Below the pieces are notes generated by a model, which saw nothing but the letters and a program-made list of their open reading frames with translations, was not told where the DNA came from and ran no database searches. 64,000 nucleotides of DNA, from assembly GCA_963755855.1 (NCBI GenBank), contig CAVWLR010000002.1:143460-207459 (forward strand), given 5' to 3'. Made by a program: the position numbers and the translations under genes. Positions 32,675 through 43,650 of this stretch are shown here, piece after piece (the stretch's first letter is position 1; each line of letters begins with the position of its first letter). This DNA comes from an uncultured Actinomycetes bacterium (GTDB lineage Bacteria > Actinomycetota > Acidimicrobiia > IMCC26256 > DASPTH01).

Positions 32675-34687
32675 ATGCCTCCGTCGAATCCCGTCCTGGA
32701 TTCCGGTACTCGCGCTGGGACGGCACGCAGACCGGCTTCGATCTCGACGCCGAGTCGCTGCTCGACGAGATGGCCGACGACCTGCTGTACCACGGCGACC
32801 TGAACGCGGCGCTGCGGCGGATGATGCAGCAGGGGTTCCAGGACCGCAACGGCGAGCAGCTCATGGGGCTCCGGGAGATGCTCGAGCGGCTGCGGGAGCG
32901 GCGCCGCGAGGAGCTCGAGCGCCGCGACCTCGGCGGCGTCTACGACGACATCGCCGACCAGCTCGACGAGGTCGCCGACATGGAGCGCGAGGGCATCGAC
33001 CGCCGGGTCGACGACGCCACCCGCTCGGGCGACCAGCGCCGCCAGGAGCTGGTCGAGGACGTCGCCGACGAGCGCCGCCGCCAGCTCGACGAGATGCCGC
33101 CCGACCTCGCCGGCCGCGTGCAGGCGATGCAGGACTACGAGTTCATGGACGACGCCGCGCGCGAGCGGTTCGAGGAGCTCATGGACCAGCTGCGCGAGCA
33201 GCTGATGCAGAGCTACTTCAACCAGCTCAGCGAGGGCATGCAGAACATGACGCCCGAGCGCATGGCCGCAGATGAAGGACATGCTCGACGAGCTCAACCA
33301 GATGCTCGAGCAGCGCGAGCGCGGCGAGGAGCCCGACTTCGACGGCTTCATGGAGCGCCACGGCGAGTTCTTCCCCGGCAACCCGCAGAACCTCGACGAG
33401 CTGCTCGAGCAGATGGCGCAGTCGATGGCGCAGATGCAGCAGCTGATGAACTCGATGTCGCCGGAGCAGCGCGCGCAGCTGCAGGCGCTGTCCGAGTCGC
33501 TGCTCGAGGACATGGACCTGCGCTGGCAGGTCGACCAGCTCTCGCGCAACCTGCAGCAGGCGTTCCCGAACATGCCGTGGCAGCGCTCGCAGAACTTCAG
33601 CGGCGACGACCCGATGCAGTTCGGCGACATGCCCGGGCTGCTCGACACGCTCGGCGACCTCGACGCGCTCGAGAACCTCATGAAGTCGGCGACCCAGCCG
33701 GGCGAGCTGGCCGAGGTCGACCTCGACCGCGCCCGCGAGCTGCTCGGCGACGACGCCGCGAAGTCGCTCGACCGCCTCCGCGAGCTCCAGCGGATGCTCG
33801 AGGACGCCGGGCTGATCGAGCAGCGCGAGGGTCGGCTCGAGCTCACGCCGCGTGCCATCCGCGCCATCGGCAACAAGGCGCTCTCCGACCTCTACCGCAA
33901 GCTGGTGAAGGACCGCGCCGGTCGCCACGAGCTCGAGCGCACCGGGTTCGGCAACGAGCACGCGCACGACCACAAGCCCTACGAGTTCGGCGACCCGTTC
34001 CACCTGAACGTGCAGGAGACGGTGAAGAACGCGATCTGGCGGTCGGGGGCGGGCACGCCGGTGCGCCTGAAGCCCGAAGACTTCGAGGTCGAGCGCACCG
34101 AGATGCTCACCCGCTCGGCCACGGTGCTGCTGCTCGACGTGTCGCTGTCGATGCCGATGCGCGACAACTTCCTGCCGGCCAAGAAGGTGGCGATGGCGCT
34201 GCACGCGCTCATCACCAGCCAGTTCCCGCGCGACTACTTCGGTCTCGTGTCGTTCGGGCGCGTCGCCCGCGAGGTGAAGCCCGAGCTCCTCCCCGAGATG
34301 AGCTGGGACTTCGAGTGGGGCACCAACATGCAGCACGCGTTGCTGCTCGCCCGCAAGCAGCTCTCACGCCAGACCGGCACCAAGCAGATCATCATGGTCA
34401 CCGACGGCGAGCCGACCGCGCACATCGAGGGCGGCGAGGCCTACTTCCAGTACCCGCCGTCGCCGATCACGATCGAAGAGACGCTGAAGGAGGTCATGCG
34501 CTGCACGCGTGACCGCATCCGCATCAACACCTTCATGCTCGACGAGAGCTACTACCTGCGGTCGTTCGTCGAGCAGATGATGCGCGTCAACGGCGGCGAG
34601 GCCTTCTTCACCAACGCCGACACGCTCGGCGACTACGTGCTGGTCGACTTCCTCGACCACCGCCGCCAGCAGCGACGCGCCGGCTGA
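32675..34687 (+). CDS. VWA-domain partner protein (Rv0959-like; frameshifted)
   Basis: RYSRWDGTQ, coiled-coil region, MIDAS DVSLS, TNMQH and VTDGEPT. Confidence 0.9.
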
Positions 34688-34696
34688 TCATCCCGC

Positions 34697-35912
34697 TCAT
34701 CCGCCGGGTTCCGGCCCGGTGTACGTGGCGCGGATGCGGTAGCGGAGGCGGTGCGGGTACTCCTCGAGGCCGTGGGCGATCCAGCCGGCCGAGCGCGCGA
34801 CCGCGAAGATCGTCTCGCCCGCACCGTGCACCATGCGGGTCGCCTCACCGAGCACACCGAGCGCGAAGTCGATGTTGGGGTACGGACCGCCGTCGTGCGC
34901 CATCACCTCGAGCACCCCCTGCGCGGCGCGCCACAGCTCGCCGCGGCGGCTTGCAGCGCTCGATCGCGTCGAGCAGCACCGGGGCTCGCGGGTCGGGACC
35001 CGTGTAGACCGAGTGCCCGAACCCGGGCACGTGCTCGCCGTCGCGCAGCGCCTGTCCGATCGCCGCCTCCGGGGTGGTCGCGACCGCGTCGCGCAGGAGC
35101 GTGCGGACGAACTCCGACGCGCCGCCGTGCAGTGGGCCGCCGACGACCGCGAGCCCGGTCAGCAGCAGCAGGTAGGGATCGGCCCAGGTGGAAGCGGCGA
35201 TGCGCACGCCGAAGGTCGAGGTCGCCAGCTCGTGGTCGGCGAGCAACGACAACGCCCGATCGAGCGCGCGGACGCGCGCGGTCGTCGGCTCGAGCGGTGA
35301 CACGCGCGTCCACAGCCGCCGCGCGATCGACCCGGTGGCCGTCGGCTCGTCCCGCGCATCGACGGGCGGCAACGCCTTGACCATGGTGGCGATGATGGTC
35401 CCGGCGCGCGCCGCCACCGATGCGGGCCGTCGGTCGTTGCGGAGCGGATCGGTCGAGCGCAGCGCGGCGACGGTCACACGCAGTCGATCGGGGAGTGGCG
35501 TGTCGGCGGGCAGCGCCGCCTGCACCTGTCGCGCGACTGCGAGCTCCGCGCGGTCCGAGCTCCAGTGCTCGTTCGGTCCGATGGTCGAACCCCAGAGCCA
35601 GGCCGCGACCTCCTCGTACCGGGCGCTGGTCGCCGCCTGCGTGACGTCCCATCCGCGGTACGTGAGGTGGCCGCCGGGGTCGAGCGACGTCACCGCCTGG
35701 TCGATCGCGATCTCGGGTGCGCCCTCGCGGGTTCGTGGCCGGCCGTGCTCGGCCAGCCGTTCGACGTCCGCACGCGAGTAGCGGCTCGTCCGGCTCCCCG
35801 GTGGGCGCTCCCGGCGCACCAGCCCGCGGCTCACGTAGGCGTAGAGCGTCTGCGGCTTCACCCCGAGTCGGGCCGTGGCCTGCGCCGCCGAGAGCCAGCG
35901 TCCGTCGCTCAC
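34697..35912 (-). CDS. HTH DNA-binding domain fused to citrate synthase domain (frameshift near 34940)
   Basis: WLSAAQATARLGVKPQTLYAYVSRG, then LADHEL, LHGGA, GFGH and PNIDF. Confidence 0.9.
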
Positions 35913-35925
35913 GTCGCCATCATAC

Positions 35926-35945
35926 TTGATACTGATCAACGTTGA
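35926..35945. promoter_or_regulatory. Likely operator between divergent citrate synthase genes
   Basis: TTGAT-ACTG-ATCAA overlapping the palindrome TCAACGTTGA in an AT-rich patch. Confidence 0.6.
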
Positions 35946-36001
35946 CAGGAGTGGGGACCAGGCGGACGCTCGGAGTGACTGACAACGACTCCAACGAGGA
36001 G

Positions 36002-37168
36002 ATGGCACCGATGACCATGACCGACGCCGCCGCCGACGCGGCGGTCCCCCGCGGCCTGAAGGGCGTGATCGTCGCCGAGACCGAGCTCGGCGACGTGCGC
36101 GGCCTCGAGGGCTTCTACCACTACCGCCAGTACTCGGCCCCCGAGCTGGCGGCGGTCCGGACCTTCGAGGACGTGTGGTACCTGCTCTTCGAGGGCGAGC
36201 TGCCCACGCGGGCGGCGCGTGAGGCGTACGCACGCCGCATCGCCGCACTGCGACCGATCCCTCCCGAGCTCGCCGGGCTCCTGCCCGCGCTGGCGGCAGG
36301 GCACCCGCACCCGCTCGCGGCCCTGCGGACCGCGCTCTCGCAGCTCGCAGCGATCGAGGGCATGCCCCCCACGTACGACGCCGATCCCGAGACCATCCGG
36401 AACAACGCGCTGCGGCTCGGCGCCGCCACACCGGTGCTGATCGCCGGCCTCCACCGCGCGTCCCTCGGGCTCCCAGTGGTCGAGCCGCGCGCCGACCTGG
36501 GCCACGCGGCGAACTACCTCTGGATGATCGACGGCGAGGACCCCGACCCGGAGCGGGCCCGTGCGGTCGAGCAGTACCTCATCCTCGGCATCGACCACGG
36601 GTTCAACGCCTCGACGTTCACCGCGCGCGTGGTGACGTCGACCGGTGCCGATGCCGGTGCGGCGGTGGTGGCGGCACTCGGGGCGCTCTCGGGGCCGCTG
36701 CACGGCGGCGCACCGAGTCGCGCGCTCGACACCCTCGACGCCATCGGCACTCCTGATCACACCGACCAGTGGGTGCGCGATGCAGTCGCCGGTGGTGACC
36801 GCATCATGGGATTCGGGCACGCGGTGTACAAGACCGCCGACCCGCGCTCCGTGATGCTGCGCGGCATCGCGCAGTCGCTGGGTGGCGAGCGCGTCGACTT
36901 CGCCGTGCAGGTCGAGGAGACGGTGGAGCGCGTGCTCGCGGAGCTGAAGCCCGGCCGCGAATTGCACACCAACGTCGAGTACTACGCCGGCGTCGTGATG
37001 GAGCAGTGCGGCATCCCGCGTGAGCTGTTCACGTCGACGTTCGCGGCGAGCCGCGTCGTCGGCTGGTGCGCGCACGTGCTCGAGCAGGCGACGGAGACCG
37101 CGATCATCCGTCCGAGCGCTCGTTACGTGGGCCCTGAGCCGCCGGCTCCCGTCCCTGCCGCCTCGTAG
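36002..37168 (+). CDS. Citrate/methylcitrate synthase
   Basis: GLKGVIVAET, DHGFNASTF, LHGGA, GFGHAVY and NVEYY; GAGGAG RBS. Confidence 0.9.
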   Translation: MAPMTMTDAAADAAVPRGLKGVIVAETELGDVRGLEGFYHYRQYSAPELAAVRTFEDVWYLLFEGELPTRAAREAYARRIAALRPIPPELAGLLPALAAGHPHPLAALRTALSQLAAIEGMPPTYDADPETIRNNALRLGAATPVLIAGLHRASLGLPVVEPRADLGHAANYLWMIDGEDPDPERARAVEQYLILGIDHGFNASTFTARVVTSTGADAGAAVVAALGALSGPLHGGAPSRALDTLDAIGTPDHTDQWVRDAVAGGDRIMGFGHAVYKTADPRSVMLRGIAQSLGGERVDFAVQVEETVERVLAELKPGRELHTNVEYYAGVVMEQCGIPRELFTSTFAASRVVGWCAHVLEQATETAIIRPSARYVGPEPPAPVPAAS

Positions 37169-37180
37169 CGAGGCTGGGGA

Positions 37181-37780
37181 TCAGGCCTCTCGGAGGTAGC
37201 GGCAGCAGAGCACGCCGGTGTTCGCCTGGACCATCGTGTCCAGGCGGAACCGGCGCGCCTCGCCGTCGCGCGGGAAGATCGTCTTCCCGCCGCCGAGCAT
37301 GATCGGCTCGATCATGAGGTCGACCTCGTCGACGAGGTCGGCGGCGAGCAGCGCCTGCACGAGCTGCACGCTGCCCATGATGTTGATGTCACCGCCGTCC
37401 TGCTCGCGCAGCGCGGTGACGTCGTGCACCAGGTTCGCGGGCCGGATGATCGTGGTGGGCGACCAGCGGGCGACGTCGTCCTCGCTCAGGGAGTCCGTCA
37501 CCACGTACTTCGGGACCGTGTTCATCCACTCGGTGAACGGGTCGTCCTCGCTGCTGCGCGACGGCCAGGCGTCGGCCATGACGTTCCAGGTGCGCCGACC
37601 CTGCATGATGGCCTCGGTCCGCGACGACGCCTCGCCGATGAACCCGCCCATCACCTCCGGGTCGAAGAACGGCATCGACCAGCCGCCGTGCGTGAACCCC
37701 CCGTCGGTGTCCTCGTCGGGGCCGCCGGGGGCCTGCACCACTCCGTCGAGGCTGATGAACTCGCTGATGACGATCCGCAT
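37181..37780 (-). CDS. Dihydrofolate reductase-like (RibD C-terminal) protein
   Basis: ISLDGVVQAPGG, GRRTW, GSVQL and DLVDE..L...P..LGGG. Confidence 0.9.
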   Translation of the reverse strand: MRIVISEFISLDGVVQAPGGPDEDTDGGFTHGGWSMPFFDPEVMGGFIGEASSRTEAIMQGRRTWNVMADAWPSRSSEDDPFTEWMNTVPKYVVTDSLSEDDVARWSPTTIIRPANLVHDVTALREQDGGDINIMGSVQLVQALLAADLVDEVDLMIEPIMLGGGKTIFPRDGEARRFRLDTMVQANTGVLCCRYLREA

Positions 37781-37829
37781 GCAGGTACGACGATGCCACG
37801 GATCCGAACTCATCGCTCGTGGACGCGAG

Positions 37830-37848
37830 CGAGCGGAGCGAGCGAGGG
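37830..37848. repeat. REP-like 19-mer CGAGCGGAGCGAGCGAGGG, copy 2
   Basis: Identical to 13196-13214. Confidence 0.6.
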
Positions 37849-37863
37849 TGTGAGAGGGCGTGC

Positions 37864-38367
37864 CTAGGTGATCGCGATCTCGCGCTCGTACCGCTCGTGC
37901 ACCGCGGGGTCGAAGCACACGAACCGCACCGTGCGCACCTCGGTCAGCGTCGTGCGCACGGCGTCCACCGCGATCCTCGTGGCCTCCGGCACCGGATATC
38001 CGTAGGCCCCCGTGCTGATGGCGGGGAAGGCCACCGACTCGGCCCCGATCTCGTCGGCGATCTCGAGGCACCGCCGGTAGCAGCTCTGGAGCAGTCGGGC
38101 CTCGCCGGCGTGGCCCCCCTGCCAGATGGGACCGACGGTGTGGATCACGAAGCGGGCGGGGAGATCGAAGCCCGGCGTGGCCTTGGCGTCCCCGAAGGCG
38201 CACCCGCCCAGGCCCCGGCACGCCTCGAGCAGCTCGGGGCCCGCGGCCCGGTGGATGGCACCGTCGACACCCCCGCCCCCGAGCAGGGAGGGGTTGGCCG
38301 CGTTGACGATCGCGTGCACGTGCTCGGTGGTGATGTCGCCCAACGCGACCTCGAGACGGGGTCCCAC
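37864..38367 (-). CDS. Macro-domain O-acetyl-ADP-ribose deacetylase (YmdB-like)
   Basis: [27 protein letters not shown] and [12 protein letters not shown]. Confidence 0.95.
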   Translation of the reverse strand: MGPRLEVALGDITTEHVHAIVNAANPSLLGGGGVDGAIHRAAGPELLEACRGLGGCAFGDAKATPGFDLPARFVIHTVGPIWQGGHAGEARLLQSCYRRCLEIADEIGAESVAFPAISTGAYGYPVPEATRIAVDAVRTTLTEVRTVRFVCFDPAVHERYEREIAIT

Positions 38368-38580
38368 GAGGCGGAGCGTAGGTTCCCGGACCGTGGCGCT
38401 ACAGGGTCCGAGCGCGCGGACGCCGTGCTGGGCCCGTGCCTCGCTGATCCCCGCGGCTGCTCCCGACGCGAAGAAGAAACCCCTTGCGCTCGGGTTCACG
38501 ACCCTGCATAGTAACACCACTGTAATTCCAGAGGCGTCATTTCGGCGTCCGCCGCGTCTGCTTGGCAAGGGAGCACGCCG

Positions 38581-38919
38581 ATGCCCGAACCCCTCACGAT
38601 GAATCCGAGCAATCCGATCACCTCCAGCCTGGCTGCATTGGTGGCCACCCAGCGCTTCACGTCGCCCGACGGCGAGCGTCGTTGGCAGGAGGAGGCCAAC
38701 TGCCTGGGCGTCGACCCCGACCTCTTCTTCCCGGAGCGGGGGGCATCCACGCGCGAGGCCAAGGCGGTGTGCCGGAGCTGTGAGGTGCGGGTCGACTGCC
38801 TCGAGTACGCCCTCGCCCACGGCGAGAAGTTCGGGATCTGGGGTGGTCTCTCCGAGCGCGAGCGGCGCCGGGTGCGCCGCCAGCGCGCGCTCGAGCGGCG
38901 CACGGCCCTGGGCGCCTAG
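38581..38919 (+). CDS. whiB: WhiB family regulator (WhiB/WhiB2-like)
   Basis: [17 protein letters not shown]...CRSC...CLEYAL...[11 protein letters not shown]. Confidence 0.9.
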   Translation: MPEPLTMNPSNPITSSLAALVATQRFTSPDGERRWQEEANCLGVDPDLFFPERGASTREAKAVCRSCEVRVDCLEYALAHGEKFGIWGGLSERERRRVRRQRALERRTALGA

Positions 38920-38950
38920 CGCCGGTCGGAGCGATCCGGGCGCGTCGGCA

Positions 38951-39805
38951 TCACGGCCGGCGCGCCACTTGCGCCTCGATCGAGTCGTCGGGCCCGACGC
39001 CGGACCACGCGAGGAACTCGTCGTCACACTTGGCCAGCTCCGCGGCGGGGAGCAGGCCCACGAGCTCCACGCGCGCGACGGAGGTCCCGGCGTCGCGCGC
39101 CAGCGCGTCGACGGCTCGGCACGCGGCCTGGAGGCCGGTGCGCCCGAGCGCGACCAGGTTCATCGACACCTGCGCGCGCCCGACCGAGTCGAGGTGCAGA
39201 CCGAGGGCGCGCACGCCTGGCAGCCCGCCGTCGCGCTCGCGGACGCGGGTCGCGATGGCGCGGGCCAACGGCAGGTCGTCGCGCGCGAGCTCGCAGTTCA
39301 CGGCGACCAGCGGATCCCGTGCGCCCACTGCCACCGCACCCAGCGACGGGTGCGGGACCGCCGGCCCCAGGTCGGGAGCCCGGGCGCGGAACGCGTCGCG
39401 GCGGGTGGCGGGGAGGGTCCGGCCCTCCGGATCGGCGTCGTCGTAGAGGAAGACGGGGAGCGCCAGCGCGTCGACGACCCACGTCGCGAACGCGCGGGCG
39501 GCGTCCATCGCATCCACCCGTGTGCTGCCGGTGAGCGCGACGAACGGCACCACGTCGAGCGCACCCAGCCGAGGGTGCACGCCCGTGTGCGCGCGCAGGT
39601 CGACGAGCTCGGCAACGGCCAGTGCGAGCGCACGCACCGCTGCGGTCGGATCGTTCCCGGTCGCACGACCCGCCAGGGTGAACACCGAGCGATGGTGGTC
39701 GGTGTCGACGTGACGATCGAGCAGCGCGTCGCCGCACGCGGCGGAGAGGCCGTCGAGCACGGTGCGATCGCGTCCCTCCGACACGTTCGGCACGCACTCG
39801 AGCAC
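38951..39805 (-). CDS. Glutamate formiminotransferase-like protein
   Basis: [31 protein letters not shown] and QVSMNL. Confidence 0.85.
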   Translation of the reverse strand: MLECVPNVSEGRDRTVLDGLSAACGDALLDRHVDTDHHRSVFTLAGRATGNDPTAAVRALALAVAELVDLRAHTGVHPRLGALDVVPFVALTGSTRVDAMDAARAFATWVVDALALPVFLYDDADPEGRTLPATRRDAFRARAPDLGPAVPHPSLGAVAVGARDPLVAVNCELARDDLPLARAIATRVRERDGGLPGVRALGLHLDSVGRAQVSMNLVALGRTGLQAACRAVDALARDAGTSVARVELVGLLPAAELAKCDDEFLAWSGVGPDDSIEAQVARRP

Positions 39806-39857
39806 CCCCGCAGGGTACGACGACTCAAGCGCGCGGCCACCGGTAGAGTGCCGCGGG

Positions 39858-40847
39858 ATGCGTCTCGGTCTCGCGCTCCCGCAGTACGACGACTCGATCG
39901 CGGGAGAGTCCCCGCTCACGTGGGCGAGCGTCGTGGAGTGGGCACGCGCGGCAGAGGCAGCCGGGTACGACTCGGTCTGGTTGTCGGACCACCTGTTCCT
40001 CGACGTCGGGAAGTACGGCGGGCCCACACACCGGCAAGCGTGCCTCGATCCGATCGTCGCGCTCGCTGCGCTCGCCGGCGAGGTCACGCGCGTGCGCCTC
40101 GGCACGCTCGTGCTGTGCGAGGCACTGCGCCCGGCTGCCGTCCTCGCCAAGGCGCTCGCGGGTCTCGACGTCGTGTGCGAGGGTCGGCTCGACGTCGGCA
40201 TCGGCGCCGGGTGGTACGAGCCCGAGTACGCCGCCATCGGCATGGAGATGCCGCGACCGGGCGAACGGCTCGATCGGCTCCGCGACGCGATCGCGGTGCT
40301 GGCCGGTCTGCTGGGTGGTGGGCCGTGCACGGTCGACGGCCGCCATCACTGCGCTGCGGGCGCGGTGAACGAGCCGGCGTCGGTGCAGCAGCCCCGACCT
40401 CCGATCATCGTGGGCGGCAAGGGCGATCGCCTCCTCTCGCTCGTTGCCGAGCTCGCCGACGGCTGGAACACGTGCTGGGTGTGGACCCCGGCGGCGTACG
40501 CCGAACGCCTCGAGGTGCTGACGCGCGCCTGCGAGCGGGTCGGGCGCGATCCGGCGTCGGTCACCCGCTCGCTCGGGCTCTACACCCTCTGCGGCGAGGA
40601 CGAGCGAGACCTCGAGCGGCGCTTCGAGCGCCTGCGAGACCTGTCCCCGCCCGGGGTCCTCGACGCGGTGACGCTCGAGCAGTGGCGGGAGGGTCGGCTC
40701 GTGGGGACGGTCGAGCAGGTGCGGGAACAGGTGGAGGGATGGGAGGCGCTCGGCGTGGAGACGTTGATCATCGGCCTCGGAGCCGTCCCCTTCGCCGTGA
40801 CCGAGCTCGACGACCTCGAGCTGGTGGCCCACGCCGTACGAGGCTGA
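39858..40847 (+). CDS. LLM-class (probably F420-dependent) oxidoreductase
   Basis: VWLSDH, RLGTLV, GIGAGWYEPEY and VGGKG. Confidence 0.9.
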   Translation: MRLGLALPQYDDSIAGESPLTWASVVEWARAAEAAGYDSVWLSDHLFLDVGKYGGPTHRQACLDPIVALAALAGEVTRVRLGTLVLCEALRPAAVLAKALAGLDVVCEGRLDVGIGAGWYEPEYAAIGMEMPRPGERLDRLRDAIAVLAGLLGGGPCTVDGRHHCAAGAVNEPASVQQPRPPIIVGGKGDRLLSLVAELADGWNTCWVWTPAAYAERLEVLTRACERVGRDPASVTRSLGLYTLCGEDERDLERRFERLRDLSPPGVLDAVTLEQWREGRLVGTVEQVREQVEGWEALGVETLIIGLGAVPFAVTELDDLELVAHAVRG

Positions 40848-40901
40848 CCATGGTCTCCGACACAGGTAACCTGGTGGGATTCCCTCGAAAGGGTCCTCGC
40901 C

Positions 40902-41069
40902 ATGAACCTCGGCGCAACCGAGCTCCTCATCATCCTGGCCGTCGTCCTCCTCCTCTTCGGCAGCACGCGCCTCCCGAAGCTGGCCAAGTCCCTCGGGCAG
41001 GCGAGCAAGGAATTCAAGAAGGGCGTCGACGGCGAAGACGAAGACGCCGGCGAGACCAAGAGCGCCTGA
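40902..41069 (+). CDS. tatA: Twin-arginine translocase TatA
   Basis: Hand-translated MNLGATELLIILAVVLLLFGSTRLPKLAKSLGQASKEFKKG... Confidence 0.9.
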   Translation: MNLGATELLIILAVVLLLFGSTRLPKLAKSLGQASKEFKKGVDGEDEDAGETKSA

Positions 41070-41112
41070 GTCGAGCCGTTCCCCCGCCGGTCCCCACACG
41101 GGCTGACCGCCC

Positions 41113-41140
41113 GGGAACCGAGTACCCCCGTCGCGTCGTT
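41113..41140 (+). promoter_or_regulatory. SigE/SigH-type ECF promoter upstream of the sigma gene
   Basis: GGGAACCG-N16-CGTT, 7 nt before ATG 41148. Confidence 0.65.
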
Positions 41141-41147
41141 CTGATCC

Positions 41148-41660
41148 ATGGCTGACGGTGTCCCCACCTGGGAAGAGGTCGCGCGCGACTACGGGCGCTT
41201 CCTCTACAGCGTGGCGTACCGCCTGGCCGGCAACGACGACGACGCACAGGATCTGGTCCAGGAGTCGCTCATCAGGATCCGCAGGGGTCTCGAGCGCTAC
41301 GAACCCGGGTCGCTGGAAGGCTGGTTGGCTCGGATCGTGACGAACGTGTTCCTGGACGAGGTCCGTCGGCGCAAGCGTCGACCTGCTGACGCGCTCCCCG
41401 ACGATCCCGAGCGCGTGCTCCCCCCGAGCCCGGCGGCCGACGAGGTCCCCACCGGCCTCTCCGACGAGGTGCAGCGAGCCCTCGGTTCCCTGCCCGACGA
41501 CTTCCGCGTCCCGGTCGTCCTCTGCGACGTCAGCGACCTCTCCTACGAGCAGATCGCCGACGCCACCGGCGTGCCCATCGGCACCGTGCGATCGCGCATC
41601 CACCGGGGGCGGCGACTCCTGCGTGCCGCGCTCGTCGCCGACGGGGTGACCGGACCGTGA
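41148..41660 (+). CDS. sigE: ECF RNA polymerase sigma factor, SigE-like
   Basis: AYRLAGN..DAQDLVQE, YEPGSLEGWL.RI.TN.FLD and GTVRSRIHRGR, resembling mycobacterial SigE. Confidence 0.85.
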   Translation: MADGVPTWEEVARDYGRFLYSVAYRLAGNDDDAQDLVQESLIRIRRGLERYEPGSLEGWLARIVTNVFLDEVRRRKRRPADALPDDPERVLPPSPAADEVPTGLSDEVQRALGSLPDDFRVPVVLCDVSDLSYEQIADATGVPIGTVRSRIHRGRRLLRAALVADGVTGP

Positions 41661-42154
41661 GCGACGTGCAGCCCGAGCTCCAGCCCGATCTCCTGTCGGC
41701 GTACCTCGACGGCGAGCTCACCGACGCCGAGCGTGCCGCGGTCGAGGCCCGCCTCGAGTCGTCGGCGGAGTGGCGCGACGAGCTGGCCGAGGTGCGCGCC
41801 GCGCGCGACGCCCTCCGGGGCGTCGCGCACCGTGACGCGCCACCCGGGTTCTGGGACGCCGTCCTCGTGCACGTCGGGGCCGACGACGACGTCGACGAAG
41901 CTCCCGACGAGGTCGTCGTGCCGATCACCAGGCCGACCAGCGGGGCGCGCGCTTCTCGTCGCCGCTGGAGCTGGGTGGCCGCTTCGGTGGCGGCGGTGGC
42001 CGCCGTCGTCGCCATCATCGTCGTGCCGCACCGAGGCGAGGTCTCGCCCAACGTCGCCGCGGTCGTGGCGCAACACGGAGCGCAGGGCTCCGACAACGGT
42101 GATCCGATCAGCATGCTCGCACCGGTCGGACCGCTGGCCGGGTTCCGCCGGTGA
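41657..42154 (+). CDS. Membrane anti-sigma factor (ZAS-like fold with degenerate Zn ligands)
   Basis: LLSAYLDGEL...ERAAVEARLESSAEW plus one TM; coupled to the sigma gene. Confidence 0.85.
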   Translation: MSDVQPELQPDLLSAYLDGELTDAERAAVEARLESSAEWRDELAEVRAARDALRGVAHRDAPPGFWDAVLVHVGADDDVDEAPDEVVVPITRPTSGARASRRRWSWVAASVAAVAAVVAIIVVPHRGEVSPNVAAVVAQHGAQGSDNGDPISMLAPVGPLAGFRR

Positions 42155-43200
42155 CCTCGACGAGCTGGGTGCTGCTGCGCCGACCGGCAACGGTCGCGCT
42201 CTGTGCCCTGGCAACGGTCGCGGTGGCGTGGCCGATCGCAGCATCGGCCGGCGCCACGAGCGATCCCGACGCGCGCGAGGCCGCCCGCCTCGTCCGCGGG
42301 ACGCGCGACGCGGCGCGAGACCATGACTTCACCGGGTCTGCGAGCATCGCCTGGGCGACGGCGGCGGGCCGGCAGCAGGCTCGGGTGCACGTCACCGGCG
42401 CGGACGGGGCGGTCGAGATCGCCGCCACCGACGGCGACACGGTGCTCGACGACGGCCGGCGCACCTACTTGAAGGACCGCCTGGGCTGGACCGGGCTGGT
42501 GGTCGAACCGACGGCGCACGATCTTCCGCAGCCCGGCCGGCGGTGGACGCTGGCGACCGCCGGCACCCGCACGGTGGCGGGCCGCCCGGCCACGGTCGTG
42601 GTCGCCACCCGCCCCGACGGCACGCCCGCGCAACGACTGGTCGTCGACGACGCGACCGGGCTGCTGCTGGCCCGTGAGGTCCTCGGACCCCGGGGTACGG
42701 TCGAGCGCTCGGTCCGCTTCTCGAGCATCGACATCGGTGCGCGCGCCGCGGGTGACACCGCCGCGAGCCCGGTCTCGGCACCCACGGGCGTGAAGAGCAC
42801 CTCCGCCGAGAACCTGACGTCGGTGCCCGACGGCTACCGCGCGCCGGGCGCGCTGTCCGGTTTCGAACTGGTGACGCGCTCGCGGCACCCCGACGGCGTG
42901 CTGCTCTTCTACAGCGACGGTGTCTTCACCGCCTCGGTGTTCGAGCAGCGCGGCGATCTCGACTGGGGCGCGCTCCCCGCCGGTGGCACCGACACGCAGC
43001 TCGCCGACACGCGCACGCGCACGTACCACGAGGCGAGCGGCGACGTCGCGGTCTGGGAGCGCAACGGACTCGTCTACACGTGTGTGACCGACGCGCCGAG
43101 CGACGTGTTCGCGACGATGGTCGGCGCGCTCGCTTCCGATGGCCGCAGCACGCCCGAGGCGGTCGTCGACTTCGTGCTCGGCCCGTTCGGCTGGGGCTGA
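42151..43200 (+). CDS. Exported MucB/RseB-like sigma-E regulatory protein
   Basis: Signal peptide; VAGRPA.VV, VDDATGLLL and YSDGVFTASVFEQ; follows the anti-sigma. Confidence 0.7.
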   Translation: MTSTSWVLLRRPATVALCALATVAVAWPIAASAGATSDPDAREAARLVRGTRDAARDHDFTGSASIAWATAAGRQQARVHVTGADGAVEIAATDGDTVLDDGRRTYLKDRLGWTGLVVEPTAHDLPQPGRRWTLATAGTRTVAGRPATVVVATRPDGTPAQRLVVDDATGLLLAREVLGPRGTVERSVRFSSIDIGARAAGDTAASPVSAPTGVKSTSAENLTSVPDGYRAPGALSGFELVTRSRHPDGVLLFYSDGVFTASVFEQRGDLDWGALPAGGTDTQLADTRTRTYHEASGDVAVWERNGLVYTCVTDAPSDVFATMVGALASDGRSTPEAVVDFVLGPFGWG

Positions 43201-43247
43201 ACCGCACCACCAGCAGGGTCACGGACCACGCCTGTGGGCGCGTCCGA

Positions 43248-43310
43248 GCCCGGACGCGACGAACCGGCGCCGTTCACCGGGGTCAAGACCCCGGCGTCGA
43301 CGCCGGTTCG
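43248..43310. terminator. Terminator-like hairpin between convergent rseB-like and whiB genes
   Basis: CGAACCGGCG...CGCCGGTTCG outer stem and CCGGGGTC-AA-GACCCCGG inner stem. Confidence 0.65.
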
Positions 43311-43321
43311 GACGAAGGGTG

Positions 43322-43600
43322 TCAGCGGGCGAGGGAGACGGGGGTCTCGACCCGGCGGCGACGCGCGATGCGGCGACGCTCACGCTCGGAGGCCCCACCC
43401 CAGACGCCGTGGTCGATGCGGTAGGTGAGGGCGTACTCGAGGCACTCGGGCTGCACCGTGCACTGCGCGCAGATGCGGCGGGCCTTGTCGACGCCGACGC
43501 CGTCGGAGGGGAAGAACTCGCCTGGTGCGAGGGATCGGCAACGGGCGTGGAGCATCCACTCCTGCTCGTTGTGATCGGGGGGAGGGTTCAGGTCGTCCAT
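43322..43600 (-). CDS. WhiB family transcriptional regulator (second paralog)
   Basis: WMLHARC...FFPSDG...CAQC...CLEYAL...GVWGG.SERER. Confidence 0.9.
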   Translation of the reverse strand: MDDLNPPPDHNEQEWMLHARCRSLAPGEFFPSDGVGVDKARRICAQCTVQPECLEYALTYRIDHGVWGGASERERRRIARRRRVETPVSLAR

Positions 43601-43650
43601 GTGCACCCCAGTGCTTCGGCCAAGAGTCGAGTGGAGCGGGTCGCCTGTTC

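Noticed and set aside
4400-35000. Many frameshifted genes (bcp, ltrA, MFS genes, SDRs, tesB, xseA, sdhA, VWA) as pseudogenes or programmed frameshifts
   Set aside because: All appear to be single-base indels with intact motifs and no nonsense codons; they hit housekeeping genes, show no slippery sites and stop after about 35 kb. Long-read consensus error is the simplest explanation.
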